DNA from: a virus
Taxonomy: Duplodnaviria > Caudoviricetes
Direction: 5' to 3' (one strand)
Virus record (IMG/VR): IMGVR_UViG_3300028864_000091
Coordinates: 1 to 25,710 of that record
Length of the DNA: 25,710 nucleotides
Shown here: in pieces, positions 8,610 to 17,165 of the stretch
Numbering within the stretch: position 1 is the stretch's first letter
Layout of the letters: every line of letters begins with the position of its first letter
The notes under the pieces: generated by a model
Told to the model about the DNA's origin: nothing
The model's input: only the letters and a program-made list of their open reading frames with translations
Databases searched by the model: none
Position numbers and translations under genes: made by a program

Positions 8610-10610
8610 TTAATGTGCGCCTGCTCTACCTGTTGCGGGTGCCGCTGGAGTAGGATGGTCTGTTGTCAAGTGAGTATAAATATTAGCCACTGATTCTTTT
8701 ATCCCCGCGAACATTTTAGTCCATTGGTCATTAAGTTGTGTGGTATTTTGAACCATGTTGTCTTTGAAGTTATTTGTGGCAGCTTGTTCCTCGGTGTTTT
8801 TTGTAGCGTCTGACCTTAATACCTTACTGGCATCTCCGCCATTGGTAAATGCCTTTTGATAAGCGTCCATTCTTTCAGGAGCTATGTTAGGGAATAAACT
8901 TTTTAAAGTAAAGTACCCTAATGTAGTATCGGTTCCGCCATTTTGATTTTTAAGACGTTGCATGACAGATTGTATTATTTTGCCCTCATTATCCGGATTT
9001 CTCAAATCTCTGTCCAATAAATCCATCCTCCCCTTTGACTTAGGGAATAAATCTGATACTGAACTGTAAACCAAAGCCTTCATTCTATCGTTTTGCGGGT
9101 TTTGAATCATGCCCTGAAATGAAGCGATGTCTGAACCTAAGCGCTTATCTTGAGTTATGCCATTTACCGAAGAAAATGCTTGCAACATGTGGTTAGCTAC
9201 GTTGTAGTTTGGTTTGTCGGACCTGTCCATGTAGCTTCCCATTACTTGTTGTTGTATGTCAAATTTTTCTTGAACCCGAGTGAAATCATCTCCACTAACC
9301 CCAGAACCCTTAATACCAGAAAGAACCGTAACCATTCTTGCTAGCGCGTCTGTTACATTTATCCCGTATCGGTCATATTGTCCGCCCTCAGTTAGAGCTC
9401 CAGATTTCATTCCTAACGATTTTTCCATCCCGTAACCTTGTATAGTCTGGTTATACCAATCGTCAGCCGTTCCCCTAGACCTTATTCGGTCGGCTGCTAA
9501 ACCACCAAATTCTCCTCTATCCATACCGAAACCAACATATCTTTCTCCTAACTCACCGCCAGTGTCCATCCCGTTCTTCAAATAATCCCAAGATTCACTT
9601 CCGCTTCTACCGCCCGTGGCGGCATTCATTCCAGCTAAATTTAACAAACCCTTATTTGATTCACGACCACTCGTCATAGTTCCTATTAGCGCAGCAGCAA
9701 CTCCAACAACAGCGTTCATTTTTAAAGCCATCTGAGCTGTCATCCCAGCTATCGAAGTTACTCCCATAGAAGCCCCCATCATCATTTCAGGTATGCTGCC
9801 TGAAGTGGCTCCATTCACTAGCGTTGTCATTCCTTGAGCTCCCATCAATGTTCGGTCAAATACTGGATTTGACTTACCACCTCCCATTGCTCTTGCTATT
9901 TTCCCGTCGTATTCTTCAACGCGTTTTTGAGCGGCTGTCGCTTCTTCTGAAGTCATAGCATTATCCCTGTCGTGCATGGCATCTTTTCTGCCTTCACGCA
10001 TTTTATTCAAAAAAGAGTTAGGGTCTGTTCCGCCCCTTCCGCTGGTTATTTCGTCGGTCAATGCTTTTATTGCTTCGACTAAATCCAATTCAGCATTTTT
10101 CTTTTCCCCCGCCTCATCGGCGCTTATTTGTTCGTCTTCTTTGTCGTACTTTTTCCCTATTTTTTCATACTCTCCGTCCCTTAATTTTTCATATTGTTGG
10201 TCAATATTTTTTTTGTGTAACGGGTCATTTTCGTATGCCCCTCCCATAGAAGCAATGCGTTTTGCTTTTTCAATTTCAACCTGTTTATCAACGTTATCGT
10301 AATCGTTGCCCATTCGACTTTGCATGTCTGCGCGGCGAGCGTTGTATTTATCTGTTATATCTTGATTGGTTCGGTCTGATTCAATTTTCTTTACGTTTTC
10401 AATGGCTTCTTTAGCGCCCATTCCGCGTTGCTGCTGAATCTCGTTACGCACTTCGTCTATCAAACGAGTATCTGGCGCTAACGAACCTCTGCTACCTTGA
10501 GCGCCATCTTGACCTATCCGTTCGGCGTCAGGGCGACTTCCTGATACGCTATCAATTTCTTGCTTTAGTTGTTCGGCGTTTCCCCGTATATTTACTACTA
10601 CATCTCCCAT
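8610..10610 (-). CDS. Tail tape measure protein (666 aa)
   Basis: Position after tube and chaperones; start GDVVVNIRGNAEQLKQEID; charged helical N-terminal third, Gly/Ala/Met-rich hydrophobic middle. Confidence 0.8.
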   Translation of the reverse strand: MGDVVVNIRGNAEQLKQEIDSVSGSRPDAERIGQDGAQGSRGSLAPDTRLIDEVRNEIQQQRGMGAKEAIENVKKIESDRTNQDITDKYNARRADMQSRMGNDYDNVDKQVEIEKAKRIASMGGAYENDPLHKKNIDQQYEKLRDGEYEKIGKKYDKEDEQISADEAGEKKNAELDLVEAIKALTDEITSGRGGTDPNSFLNKMREGRKDAMHDRDNAMTSEEATAAQKRVEEYDGKIARAMGGGKSNPVFDRTLMGAQGMTTLVNGATSGSIPEMMMGASMGVTSIAGMTAQMALKMNAVVGVAAALIGTMTSGRESNKGLLNLAGMNAATGGRSGSESWDYLKNGMDTGGELGERYVGFGMDRGEFGGLAADRIRSRGTADDWYNQTIQGYGMEKSLGMKSGALTEGGQYDRYGINVTDALARMVTVLSGIKGSGVSGDDFTRVQEKFDIQQQVMGSYMDRSDKPNYNVANHMLQAFSSVNGITQDKRLGSDIASFQGMIQNPQNDRMKALVYSSVSDLFPKSKGRMDLLDRDLRNPDNEGKIIQSVMQRLKNQNGGTDTTLGYFTLKSLFPNIAPERMDAYQKAFTNGGDASKVLRSDATKNTEEQAATNNFKDNMVQNTTQLNDQWTKMFAGIKESVANIYTHLTTDHPTPAAPATGRAGAH

Positions 10611-10612
10611 TA

Positions 10613-10942
10613 TTATTCTTTTTTATCAAATTGAGACAATTCTAAATTTTCAAAAGCATCATCAATCTCGGCTTGGCTTAGAACGTTGCTGTCTTTGTTT
10701 TCATAATAACCTACCGATTCATAATCCTTATCGCTTACATCATTGGATTTAGATATCCTCTTGTTTATATCTAGCTCTTCTTGATAGTCGATAAGCATAT
10801 CTATGAAGTTCATTTCACGATGAGTCACGGAACCAAATGGCACATTATATTTTTTTCTCCACCAATAATCTATTGGGAAGGAATGCCATTGTTCTAAAAA
10901 CTCACTCGCCTTCCTTCTCAGTGTCTTCTGCTGTTGCAACAT
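10613..10942 (-). CDS. Tail assembly chaperone 2 (T-like), own ATG at 10942 or reached by frameshift
   Basis: Lies between chaperone 1 and the tape measure; core WHSFPIDYWWRKKYNVPFGS, acidic C-terminus. Overlaps the upstream gene in the +1 frame; the start is uncertain. Confidence 0.6.
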   Translation of the reverse strand: MLQQQKTLRRKASEFLEQWHSFPIDYWWRKKYNVPFGSVTHREMNFIDMLIDYQEELDINKRISKSNDVSDKDYESVGYYENKDSNVLSQAEIDDAFENLELSQFDKKE

Positions 10943-11291
10943 CTGGCTCGCTGGATAAATAAAGTTCTCTTGAAACTGATTCGTACCAAGGCAACAATTG
11001 TTGTTTATAAAACTCAATAAGCTCTTTAGCGGCCAAAGGATCCATTTTTGTGTAATCTTCCAACTCCAACATACGCTTTACTTTAGGGCAAAGTACTTGA
11101 ATAAATACTATTGCGTCCACTAAATCTAGTGCTAAATACATTGATTTAATTCCGGAAGCCGACATAGAACCATAACGATTATTAGTCAATGCTAACTTCA
11201 TTGATTCCATATCTAGAAGCTGCCCCACGTTAGGGAATTTTACAATTAACTTTTCGCCTTTAAATGTACAAGCGTGTTCTTTTTCAATCAT
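10902..11291 (-). CDS. Tail assembly chaperone 1 (G-like, about 129 aa)
   Basis: Directly after the tube gene; VKFPNVGQLLDME pattern and acidic tail. ATG at 11291 preferred over the TTG at 11300. Confidence 0.68.
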   Translation of the reverse strand: MIEKEHACTFKGEKLIVKFPNVGQLLDMESMKLALTNNRYGSMSASGIKSMYLALDLVDAIVFIQVLCPKVKRMLELEDYTKMDPLAAKELIEFYKQQLLPWYESVSRELYLSSEPDVATAEDTEKEGE

Positions 11292-11323
11292 AATTTTCAA
11301 TTTTTATATTAATTCTAATAAAC

Positions 11324-11354
11324 AAAAAAGGCACTCCGTTTTTACAGAGTACCT
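11324..11354 (-). terminator. Intrinsic terminator after the tail tube gene
   Basis: Minus strand AGGTACTC-TGTAAAAACG-GAGTGCCT-TTTTT: 8-bp stem with one G-U pair that forms only on the minus-strand RNA, followed by a U tract. Confidence 0.8.
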
Positions 11355-11357
11355 CTT

Positions 11358-11370
11358 TTAATAGTTGATT
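11358..11370 (-). promoter_or_regulatory. Candidate late-promoter motif AATCAACTATTAA
   Basis: The identical 13-mer also occurs intergenically at 25600-25612; function inferred only. Confidence 0.4.
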
Positions 11371-11375
11371 TCACA

Positions 11376-11879
11376 TTAAAGAACGCTGTTGAACAAAATA
11401 GGTTCAAGATACTCAAATTCAGTATCGCGTCCGGAAATTTGCCCTTCTTGAATATCAAACCCCTCACGGGTTACAAATGCTGCATTAATCTTAGCAAAAG
11501 TTTCAAACTTTGCTTTAATTTGACCAGTTTTGATATCGATAGCCCCGTCTTTTACTTTTCGCATTATAGCTATTTCTAAACCATCTTCTTGCAAAAGTAA
11601 TGCATTTGTCCAGTCTTCGATGGAAGCCGAATTACGAAAACTACCCCTGACCATTTTATTAGCCAAAAGATTGAAATTGATAGTGTACGAGGAGCAAGAT
11701 AAAGAACCGCTCCATTCTACTGGAGGAAGTTCATCTGGGTTGAACCGACCTATCCCCGTAACCTTGCTTCGGCGGATATTTTCAGTAACTCGAACGCTCT
11801 TCATCTTACCGATAGTTATCCCATCGATTTGTATGATTGCGATTGGCGCCGTCATTACCTTTTCGTTTTTATTAGCCAT
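11376..11879 (-). CDS. Tail tube protein (167 aa)
   Basis: Follows the sheath; IQIDGITIGKMKSV..VTGIGRFNPDELPPVEWSGSLS and terminal FEYL resemble Twort/SPO1-type tube proteins. Confidence 0.85.
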   Translation of the reverse strand: MANKNEKVMTAPIAIIQIDGITIGKMKSVRVTENIRRSKVTGIGRFNPDELPPVEWSGSLSCSSYTINFNLLANKMVRGSFRNSASIEDWTNALLLQEDGLEIAIMRKVKDGAIDIKTGQIKAKFETFAKINAAFVTREGFDIQEGQISGRDTEFEYLEPILFNSVL

Positions 11880-11908
11880 ATTTGTATGTTTAAAATTTTT
11901 TGTTTATA

Positions 11909-13522
11909 TTACACGGTGAAGTCAAGCATATTTCCGATAAAGAACATTTTGTTGTTCGGCACATTTGGCACAAAATCGTAAGTAATGAAGAAATCTCCAT
12001 TTACGGCTGTCACCTTAACGTTTTTCCAAGTTATAATAAGATTATCATTTCCTGGTCTGGCAACTCTTGAAGCTAATTTAGTTTCGGTGAAGTTCTTTAA
12101 ACTTTCAGGAGAAGCTTGAGCAACAGTGTCGCCTGTAAACCGAGCAGCAGCATCAATTATGAGTTCCTTGTTCAGTTGAGCTTTAATAAGCGCAATTGAT
12201 AACTCGAGACTTTCTCCATCGTCAGCGATAGTCTTTAGATTGTCTTGTATCGTTGTTATGCCTTGATTTATACACCAGTACCCGTTCACGTTACGAACGT
12301 GCATTATACCAGCTTGTAAAGCATTAACCCGTTCTTGCTTTTTCAAATCATAAACGAAGTTTTTGTACCCAATACGTTTGAAAGTTAATGGAGTTTGAGG
12401 AGCAAGGCTCGCATTCAACCCTATGACTGAAGCTGCAAGGTAAATTGACGGAAGGCTTTTATTTCCGTTTTTATCTTTTCGAACGTCTTCGGGGGAACCG
12501 TGAACGGTCACAACTTGTTCGTCGTTATAATATTTTGCAATTGCTTCTGAAGTACCAACTTCTCCAAATAAATCATCGTCTTTTTCGCCGCCGCCTATAA
12601 CCATAAACTGGGTGAACTTTGCTTCATTCTTCAAGAAAGCGTGAAGTAATCCGTTAGTGGCGGTATCAGCTCCCATTACGCCATATTTGTCGCATAAAAA
12701 GAATGTAACATCAAGTTCTGATATCGCTTCAAGAACCGCTTTATATTCATTATCGACGCTGGTAGTGGCTCCTCCTGTGAATACTTCCAATGGGCGAGTT
12801 GCTAAATCTCCCAACAATAGTTGATTTGCAGAAACTAAGAAATTAGCCGTCATTACTTTATTGCTAATTGCCCAAGCTTTAAGTTCGTTAATCGACGTAC
12901 ATTCAGGACTTTCAGCCAGTAAAATTGGAGCGGAGTTATCGTATGATTTAGTACCATACACTTCGCCATCTTTGTCAACTCCGGACCAAGTTCCTTTATA
13001 AACTTGAAGTATAAACAAAAATGGAGTACTGCCTGTTATTATTTTTGCTGCATACCCAGTTTTTAATATACTGGAAGTTTCTGCGTCTAAAACTCCGTTA
13101 CCAACTATGCCTTCGTTTTTGCAAGTAAAAGTTATATCCCCTTTTGTTCCCATTGATAAGACAAGACTGGCTGGAACGGTCGTGGCCGCTCTGGTGTAAT
13201 ACAACTTAGGAATACCAACTGAACCTTCTATCGGCATAAACAACTTCTTTGCTATGTCGGCAACAGGTCCTCCGTTGACAAATGCGGAAAAATCTTCCCA
13301 AGCGGTAAATTCATATATCGCCTTTAATCCCTTTGCATTAGTTCCTTTAATTCCGGAACCTCCCGAAAACTCAACCCCATTCGATAAGCTTAACCCCGTA
13401 TCTATAATCATAGCGTTGCCAAAATTAGCAACATTCGCTACCGATGTAGGATTATAGACCGTTGCGGCATAACTTCCTGGTTCTATGCAGTTCTTGCCCT
13501 GAAAATTAACAACTGTACTCAT
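11909..13522 (-). CDS. Contractile tail sheath protein (537 aa)
   Basis: N-terminal IEPGSYA; C-terminal LAASVIG..PLTFK..LQAGIMHV..INQGITT..ITYDFVPNVPNNKMF match sheath domain patterns. Confidence 0.92.
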   Translation of the reverse strand: MSTVVNFQGKNCIEPGSYAATVYNPTSVANVANFGNAMIIDTGLSLSNGVEFSGGSGIKGTNAKGLKAIYEFTAWEDFSAFVNGGPVADIAKKLFMPIEGSVGIPKLYYTRAATTVPASLVLSMGTKGDITFTCKNEGIVGNGVLDAETSSILKTGYAAKIITGSTPFLFILQVYKGTWSGVDKDGEVYGTKSYDNSAPILLAESPECTSINELKAWAISNKVMTANFLVSANQLLLGDLATRPLEVFTGGATTSVDNEYKAVLEAISELDVTFFLCDKYGVMGADTATNGLLHAFLKNEAKFTQFMVIGGGEKDDDLFGEVGTSEAIAKYYNDEQVVTVHGSPEDVRKDKNGNKSLPSIYLAASVIGLNASLAPQTPLTFKRIGYKNFVYDLKKQERVNALQAGIMHVRNVNGYWCINQGITTIQDNLKTIADDGESLELSIALIKAQLNKELIIDAAARFTGDTVAQASPESLKNFTETKLASRVARPGNDNLIITWKNVKVTAVNGDFFITYDFVPNVPNNKMFFIGNMLDFTV

Positions 13523-13542
13523 AATTATAATTTTTATTTTGT

Positions 13543-14232
13543 TTATATTATTACTTGTTCAAACATTTTACCCTTGAATACGAAATTTTTTATTATCTCG
13601 TCACAAACTGTTTTAGGAACAGTTAATTCGTATTTGAATGATAAATTTAATACTTTATGAAATATGGCCACTGGTATTAAATCATCTTGCATCATTATAT
13701 CATTTCCAGATATTCGTGGAAGTCTAAGTCCTAAAAGTTCAAGATGTGGGGACAATATCAGCAGCATTGATTTTAATACATTATATACCACACCAACTTC
13801 GCTTGAGTTATCGCCCGTTATCATTATTTGATAATTACTTTCCATCATCTGCGTAAGCGTATCCCTTTCTTTTTCAACTCCATCGGAATTTATTTCAGTA
13901 TCAGTTTGATACCCTTCTCCTAATCCTATTGAGCCATCGCAAGCCGATTCAGCGGGTAGCATAATGTGTAACGATAAATCTTTTGCTACTTGAAAATTAT
14001 ACCCAAAATTAACGCTTAAAAATTGGGTCTTAAGAAAAATCTTTTTAGCTTGTTCAAAGTAATTATAGTTGTTTAATCTAATAGCTTGCCCGTCCGAGTT
14101 TTCTCCGAGCATTCTATATAATATGCTTTTTTTTGGTTCAGCTGTATTCTCAACAATATTATCCTTCAAAACCCTTTTAATGGTTTCAAGAGTATTGTAT
14201 ATAATTATTTCAGGTATTACAATTGCACTCAT
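13543..14232 (-). CDS. Tail terminator / tail completion protein (229 aa)
   Basis: Position immediately before the sheath, as in Twort-like neck modules; VNFGY..LHIMLPAE..GSIG pattern. Confidence 0.55.
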   Translation of the reverse strand: MSAIVIPEIIIYNTLETIKRVLKDNIVENTAEPKKSILYRMLGENSDGQAIRLNNYNYFEQAKKIFLKTQFLSVNFGYNFQVAKDLSLHIMLPAESACDGSIGLGEGYQTDTEINSDGVEKERDTLTQMMESNYQIMITGDNSSEVGVVYNVLKSMLLILSPHLELLGLRLPRISGNDIMMQDDLIPVAIFHKVLNLSFKYELTVPKTVCDEIIKNFVFKGKMFEQVII

Positions 14233-15032
14233 AATGTTGCGTCTAAATATTTCAAAGATTCATTATTCACTATTGTATCGACATCTGTTGTTTGAACGGC
14301 TTGTTCTGATAAATGTACCGCTTTTAATCCCCTGTGTATCCAACTCAAGGGGTCTGAATTTGAACTAACTCTCCTGAAAGTGCCATACGTATTTTGAGTG
14401 GAATTTGCATACACGCCAGTGCGCTTTCCTAACCCATCGTACAAAGAATTTTTATGTTGATATTCGGCGAATAAAACAGCCGCCGATTTAGGGGAAGTTA
14501 TTTCAGCTCTTGATTGCGGTATATTATAGGGAGCGGGGATGCTCGATGCAGGAAGTTGTTCTCCCTTAGATTGTTTTAATACCAAGTCGTAAACTTCTTG
14601 AGGAATTTGTCCGGCAAATCCAGCCATGCCTAATGTTCCAGGAACACCAATGCGAAATGGTATTGTTAGATACCAACCCGCTGGTTTTATCATCATCCCT
14701 TTTTTGTTATAGACGGGGACGGTATTTTTAATTTTAGCGGACTTTAAAAATCCTGCCTTCATGTCAAAAGCAGATGCCCCGTTTTCGAGCATAGTAGGTA
14801 AAACTCCAGTAAGTACTATTTGCTTTTCAAATCTTCCTTTATCTACTTTGTGTAAATTTTGAAGATATTCAGGGAGTGTAGATTTTAGATTTTGTTTTGC
14901 TAAAGATACCCAATTTAGATAAATAGCCGCTGAGACTTCATTAACGCAAATTTCCGTTAACAAATTTATATCGGTCGCACATAAACCGAATTGCTTTTTT
15001 AGCCCAGTTAAATCTATTTCTATGGGTTTCAT
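14229..15032 (-). CDS. Neck / tail completion protein (HK97 gp10-like position) (267 aa)
   Basis: MLENGASAFDMKAG, YLTIPFR and TFRRVSSNSDPLSWIHRG resemble the conserved Twort-like neck gene; ATGA overlaps at both ends. Confidence 0.65.
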   Translation of the reverse strand: MKPIEIDLTGLKKQFGLCATDINLLTEICVNEVSAAIYLNWVSLAKQNLKSTLPEYLQNLHKVDKGRFEKQIVLTGVLPTMLENGASAFDMKAGFLKSAKIKNTVPVYNKKGMMIKPAGWYLTIPFRIGVPGTLGMAGFAGQIPQEVYDLVLKQSKGEQLPASSIPAPYNIPQSRAEITSPKSAAVLFAEYQHKNSLYDGLGKRTGVYANSTQNTYGTFRRVSSNSDPLSWIHRGLKAVHLSEQAVQTTDVDTIVNNESLKYLDATL

Positions 15033-15847
15033 GGATATATTGTATTATCAAATATTTCGATGCCGAATTTTTGAGCGTCAAACATAAAATGTGCTTTTCG
15101 GCATGTTACGTTTACAGGCATTGCTGTGAGCTTTTCGTCTGAAAGTGATTCATTCCTTTCTCTTACTTTCATTAATTCCCTATTCGCGTCTAAAACGTGG
15201 TATACTGGAGCATACGAGTATCGTACTGTGATTGAAATAGGCAAATCTTTTGAGGACATATCTTTAGCTTCTATTAGGTCTTGTATTCCTAAATCAAAAA
15301 CTATTCTATTCCCCTTTATAGTGTATTGTTTATTTGTTAACGGCAACAATGGTTTATCATCTGATACAAATAAATAAATGTTTGTAATGTCAATGGGTTC
15401 ATAAATTGGATATGCTAATATCTCCCCTTCGAAAAGAATTGGTCTTAATACTTCTGAATAATACGCTTCTAATTCTATAAGGATTATTCTATCCATAAAT
15501 CCTAATTTGTCGATACCGCGAGTGGTAATTTTTGCAGTCCCTTGATTTACCTCGCTAAAATCTTTGTACCGCTTTGAGTTGTTCATCCCCTGAGAAACTA
15601 CTCGGGTGAGTTTTCGGTCTACAAATATCCAGCCTCTTCCGGAACAGTTTTGGCAGGTAGTAAGAGCTTGACCTCCTGACTTTTCATTACATGGACAACG
15701 GAGCGCTCTGTCGATATACGCTTCATATCCGTGGTTATCTATCAACTCATTAAAATCGCCAACTCTCCAAACTGGCTGAGGGTCTACAAATTCTTTCGGA
15801 GTTGTGACTATTGGCAGATAATCGTTAACAATGCTCTTTGTTTTCAT
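15029..15847 (-). CDS. Neck (head closure/stopper) protein with Cys4 zinc site (272 aa)
   Basis: CPC-x10-CQNCSGRGWIF zinc motif and LGFMDRI; synteny with Twort-like neck protein 2. Confidence 0.7.
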   Translation of the reverse strand: MKTKSIVNDYLPIVTTPKEFVDPQPVWRVGDFNELIDNHGYEAYIDRALRCPCNEKSGGQALTTCQNCSGRGWIFVDRKLTRVVSQGMNNSKRYKDFSEVNQGTAKITTRGIDKLGFMDRIILIELEAYYSEVLRPILFEGEILAYPIYEPIDITNIYLFVSDDKPLLPLTNKQYTIKGNRIVFDLGIQDLIEAKDMSSKDLPISITVRYSYAPVYHVLDANRELMKVRERNESLSDEKLTAMPVNVTCRKAHFMFDAQKFGIEIFDNTIYP

Positions 15848-15849
15848 GT

Positions 15850-16641
15850 CTACAATACTTCAAAAGTTATTCCTCTGTACTGATTTTTTATGTTAGGGAA
15901 AGTTTCTTTCATGTCCTCGATATACATCTTTATACGACCTTGGAAGAGTCCTCCGGCAGCTGACCTAGATAACGGTGTGTTTTGGGAAACTCCGTCTAAA
16001 CTGACTTGGATATTAGTTATACCAACTCCGTATAAAACATCTCCAATTATTCCTAAAACACTCACCGCCGCCATCTTTGAAATGAAATCAAATAAGTCTT
16101 TTGGAGTTACGTCCCATCCTGTGACATACGACATTCTCCAATAGTTAGGGATAAATTTTTGACCAAACCACCCCATGCTTGGAGAAATTCCGTTGAATAT
16201 TAATGAGTTTTGATTCATTTGAGAACCGCCCCCCATATTGGCAATTAAGTATATGTTTCTGTAAATAGCAACTTGAGATATTTTTTTTAGAGATATCCAC
16301 TCTTTAGGATATGTTATTTGACAAACGTCGTTTATATAACCTTTCAACCCGTCTACCGATACAATCGGATACATTGTCCTGATATACCCCCAGCAATTAA
16401 ATTCTTCGCGTACAAAATCACGGCTTTCTTCAATAACTTGCTTAGTAAGTTTTATGCTAAACAAATTTTCAATCTTCTGCTGCGCGTTCGCGATATGATT
16501 CTTAATAGCTTGAACTGATAATACTTTACCGTCGTTATTACTCATTGGTATACCAAACAAGTAATTTTCTATCAATTCCGATGGACTCATTATAAGACCT
16601 TCGTTCTTGTTATATTGTATTTTTAGTTTCAGCTTAGGCAT
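15850..16641 (-). CDS. Head-tail adaptor (neck protein 1) (263 aa)
   Basis: YLFGI, YPIVSV, YVTGW..PKDL and GITNIQVSLDGVSQ are adaptor-family patterns; position after the capsid. Confidence 0.7.
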   Translation of the reverse strand: MPKLKLKIQYNKNEGLIMSPSELIENYLFGIPMSNNDGKVLSVQAIKNHIANAQQKIENLFSIKLTKQVIEESRDFVREEFNCWGYIRTMYPIVSVDGLKGYINDVCQITYPKEWISLKKISQVAIYRNIYLIANMGGGSQMNQNSLIFNGISPSMGWFGQKFIPNYWRMSYVTGWDVTPKDLFDFISKMAAVSVLGIIGDVLYGVGITNIQVSLDGVSQNTPLSRSAAGGLFQGRIKMYIEDMKETFPNIKNQYRGITFEVL

Positions 16642-16663
16642 AGTGGTATATCAGGACTAAATG

Positions 16664-17092
16664 TTATTTTACTTCTTCAATTTTTTCGGCAGGAACTTCA
16701 GGTTCTTCAACCGTTTGTTTGTCTTCTTCAGCCAAATCTGTTTCGAGTTTTAAATCGTTGTACTTTTTGATTAAGTACCCTTGCATTAATTTGTCTTTGT
16801 TTTTGAATTTAGCATATTCGGCTTCCGGATATTCAGCTCCTACTGCTAACGCAATCATGTCAAGCATTGACATTTTTTTGATTGAAGAAATTACTTGTTC
16901 TTCTTCTGATTTTTCTTCACCTGATACTGGAATAATAGAAACTCCTACTTCTTCCCAATCCTCAGTCTGTAAAAGCAATGTTCTTGCAGCTTGAGTTGAT
17001 ACGTCAACCTGACCTTCAGAATCGATTGTAATTAAGCCATCAAAAGGGATAATCAATTTTGAGTTAGTAATTTTTTTTGATTGAATTTTCAT
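16664..17092 (-). CDS. Acidic hypothetical protein after the capsid gene, possible Rho-N/HeH-like C-terminal helices (142 aa)
   Basis: Start moved to ATG 17092 (MKIQSKK) because the track's longer version translates a terminator hairpin. MSMLDMIALA..KNKDKLMQGYL suggests a helix-extension-helix. Confidence 0.7.
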   Translation of the reverse strand: MKIQSKKITNSKLIIPFDGLITIDSEGQVDVSTQAARTLLLQTEDWEEVGVSIIPVSGEEKSEEEQVISSIKKMSMLDMIALAVGAEYPEAEYAKFKNKDKLMQGYLIKKYNDLKLETDLAEEDKQTVEEPEVPAEKIEEVK

Positions 17093-17105
17093 AATGTTTA
17101 CTTTT

Positions 17106-17144
17106 AAAAAAAAGAGGGGAAAGGGCAAGACCCCGACCCCTCTT
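17106..17144 (-). terminator. Intrinsic terminator after the major capsid gene
   Basis: Minus strand AAGAGGGG-TCGGGGTCTTGCCCTTT-CCCCTCTT followed by T6. Confidence 0.85.
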
Positions 17145-17165
17145 CTTCGATTATACAATTTTATT

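Noticed and set aside
1972-13522. Bacterial contractile injection system or tailocin with AAA+ ATPase and toxin cargo
   Set aside because: Capsid, prohead protease, scaffold and neck genes are present, so this is a DNA-packaging phage.
17150-17155. TATAAT before the capsid terminator as another copy of the candidate late promoter
   Set aside because: It lacks the CARC prefix, and a start 6-7 nt downstream would leave the hairpin nearly intact. TATAAT is common in AT-rich DNA.
17093-17158. N-terminal extension MYNRRRGVGVLPFPLFFLKVNI of the 164 aa ORF, which looks like a signal peptide
   Set aside because: It is the translation of the capsid terminator hairpin and U tract; ATG 17092 is the better start.
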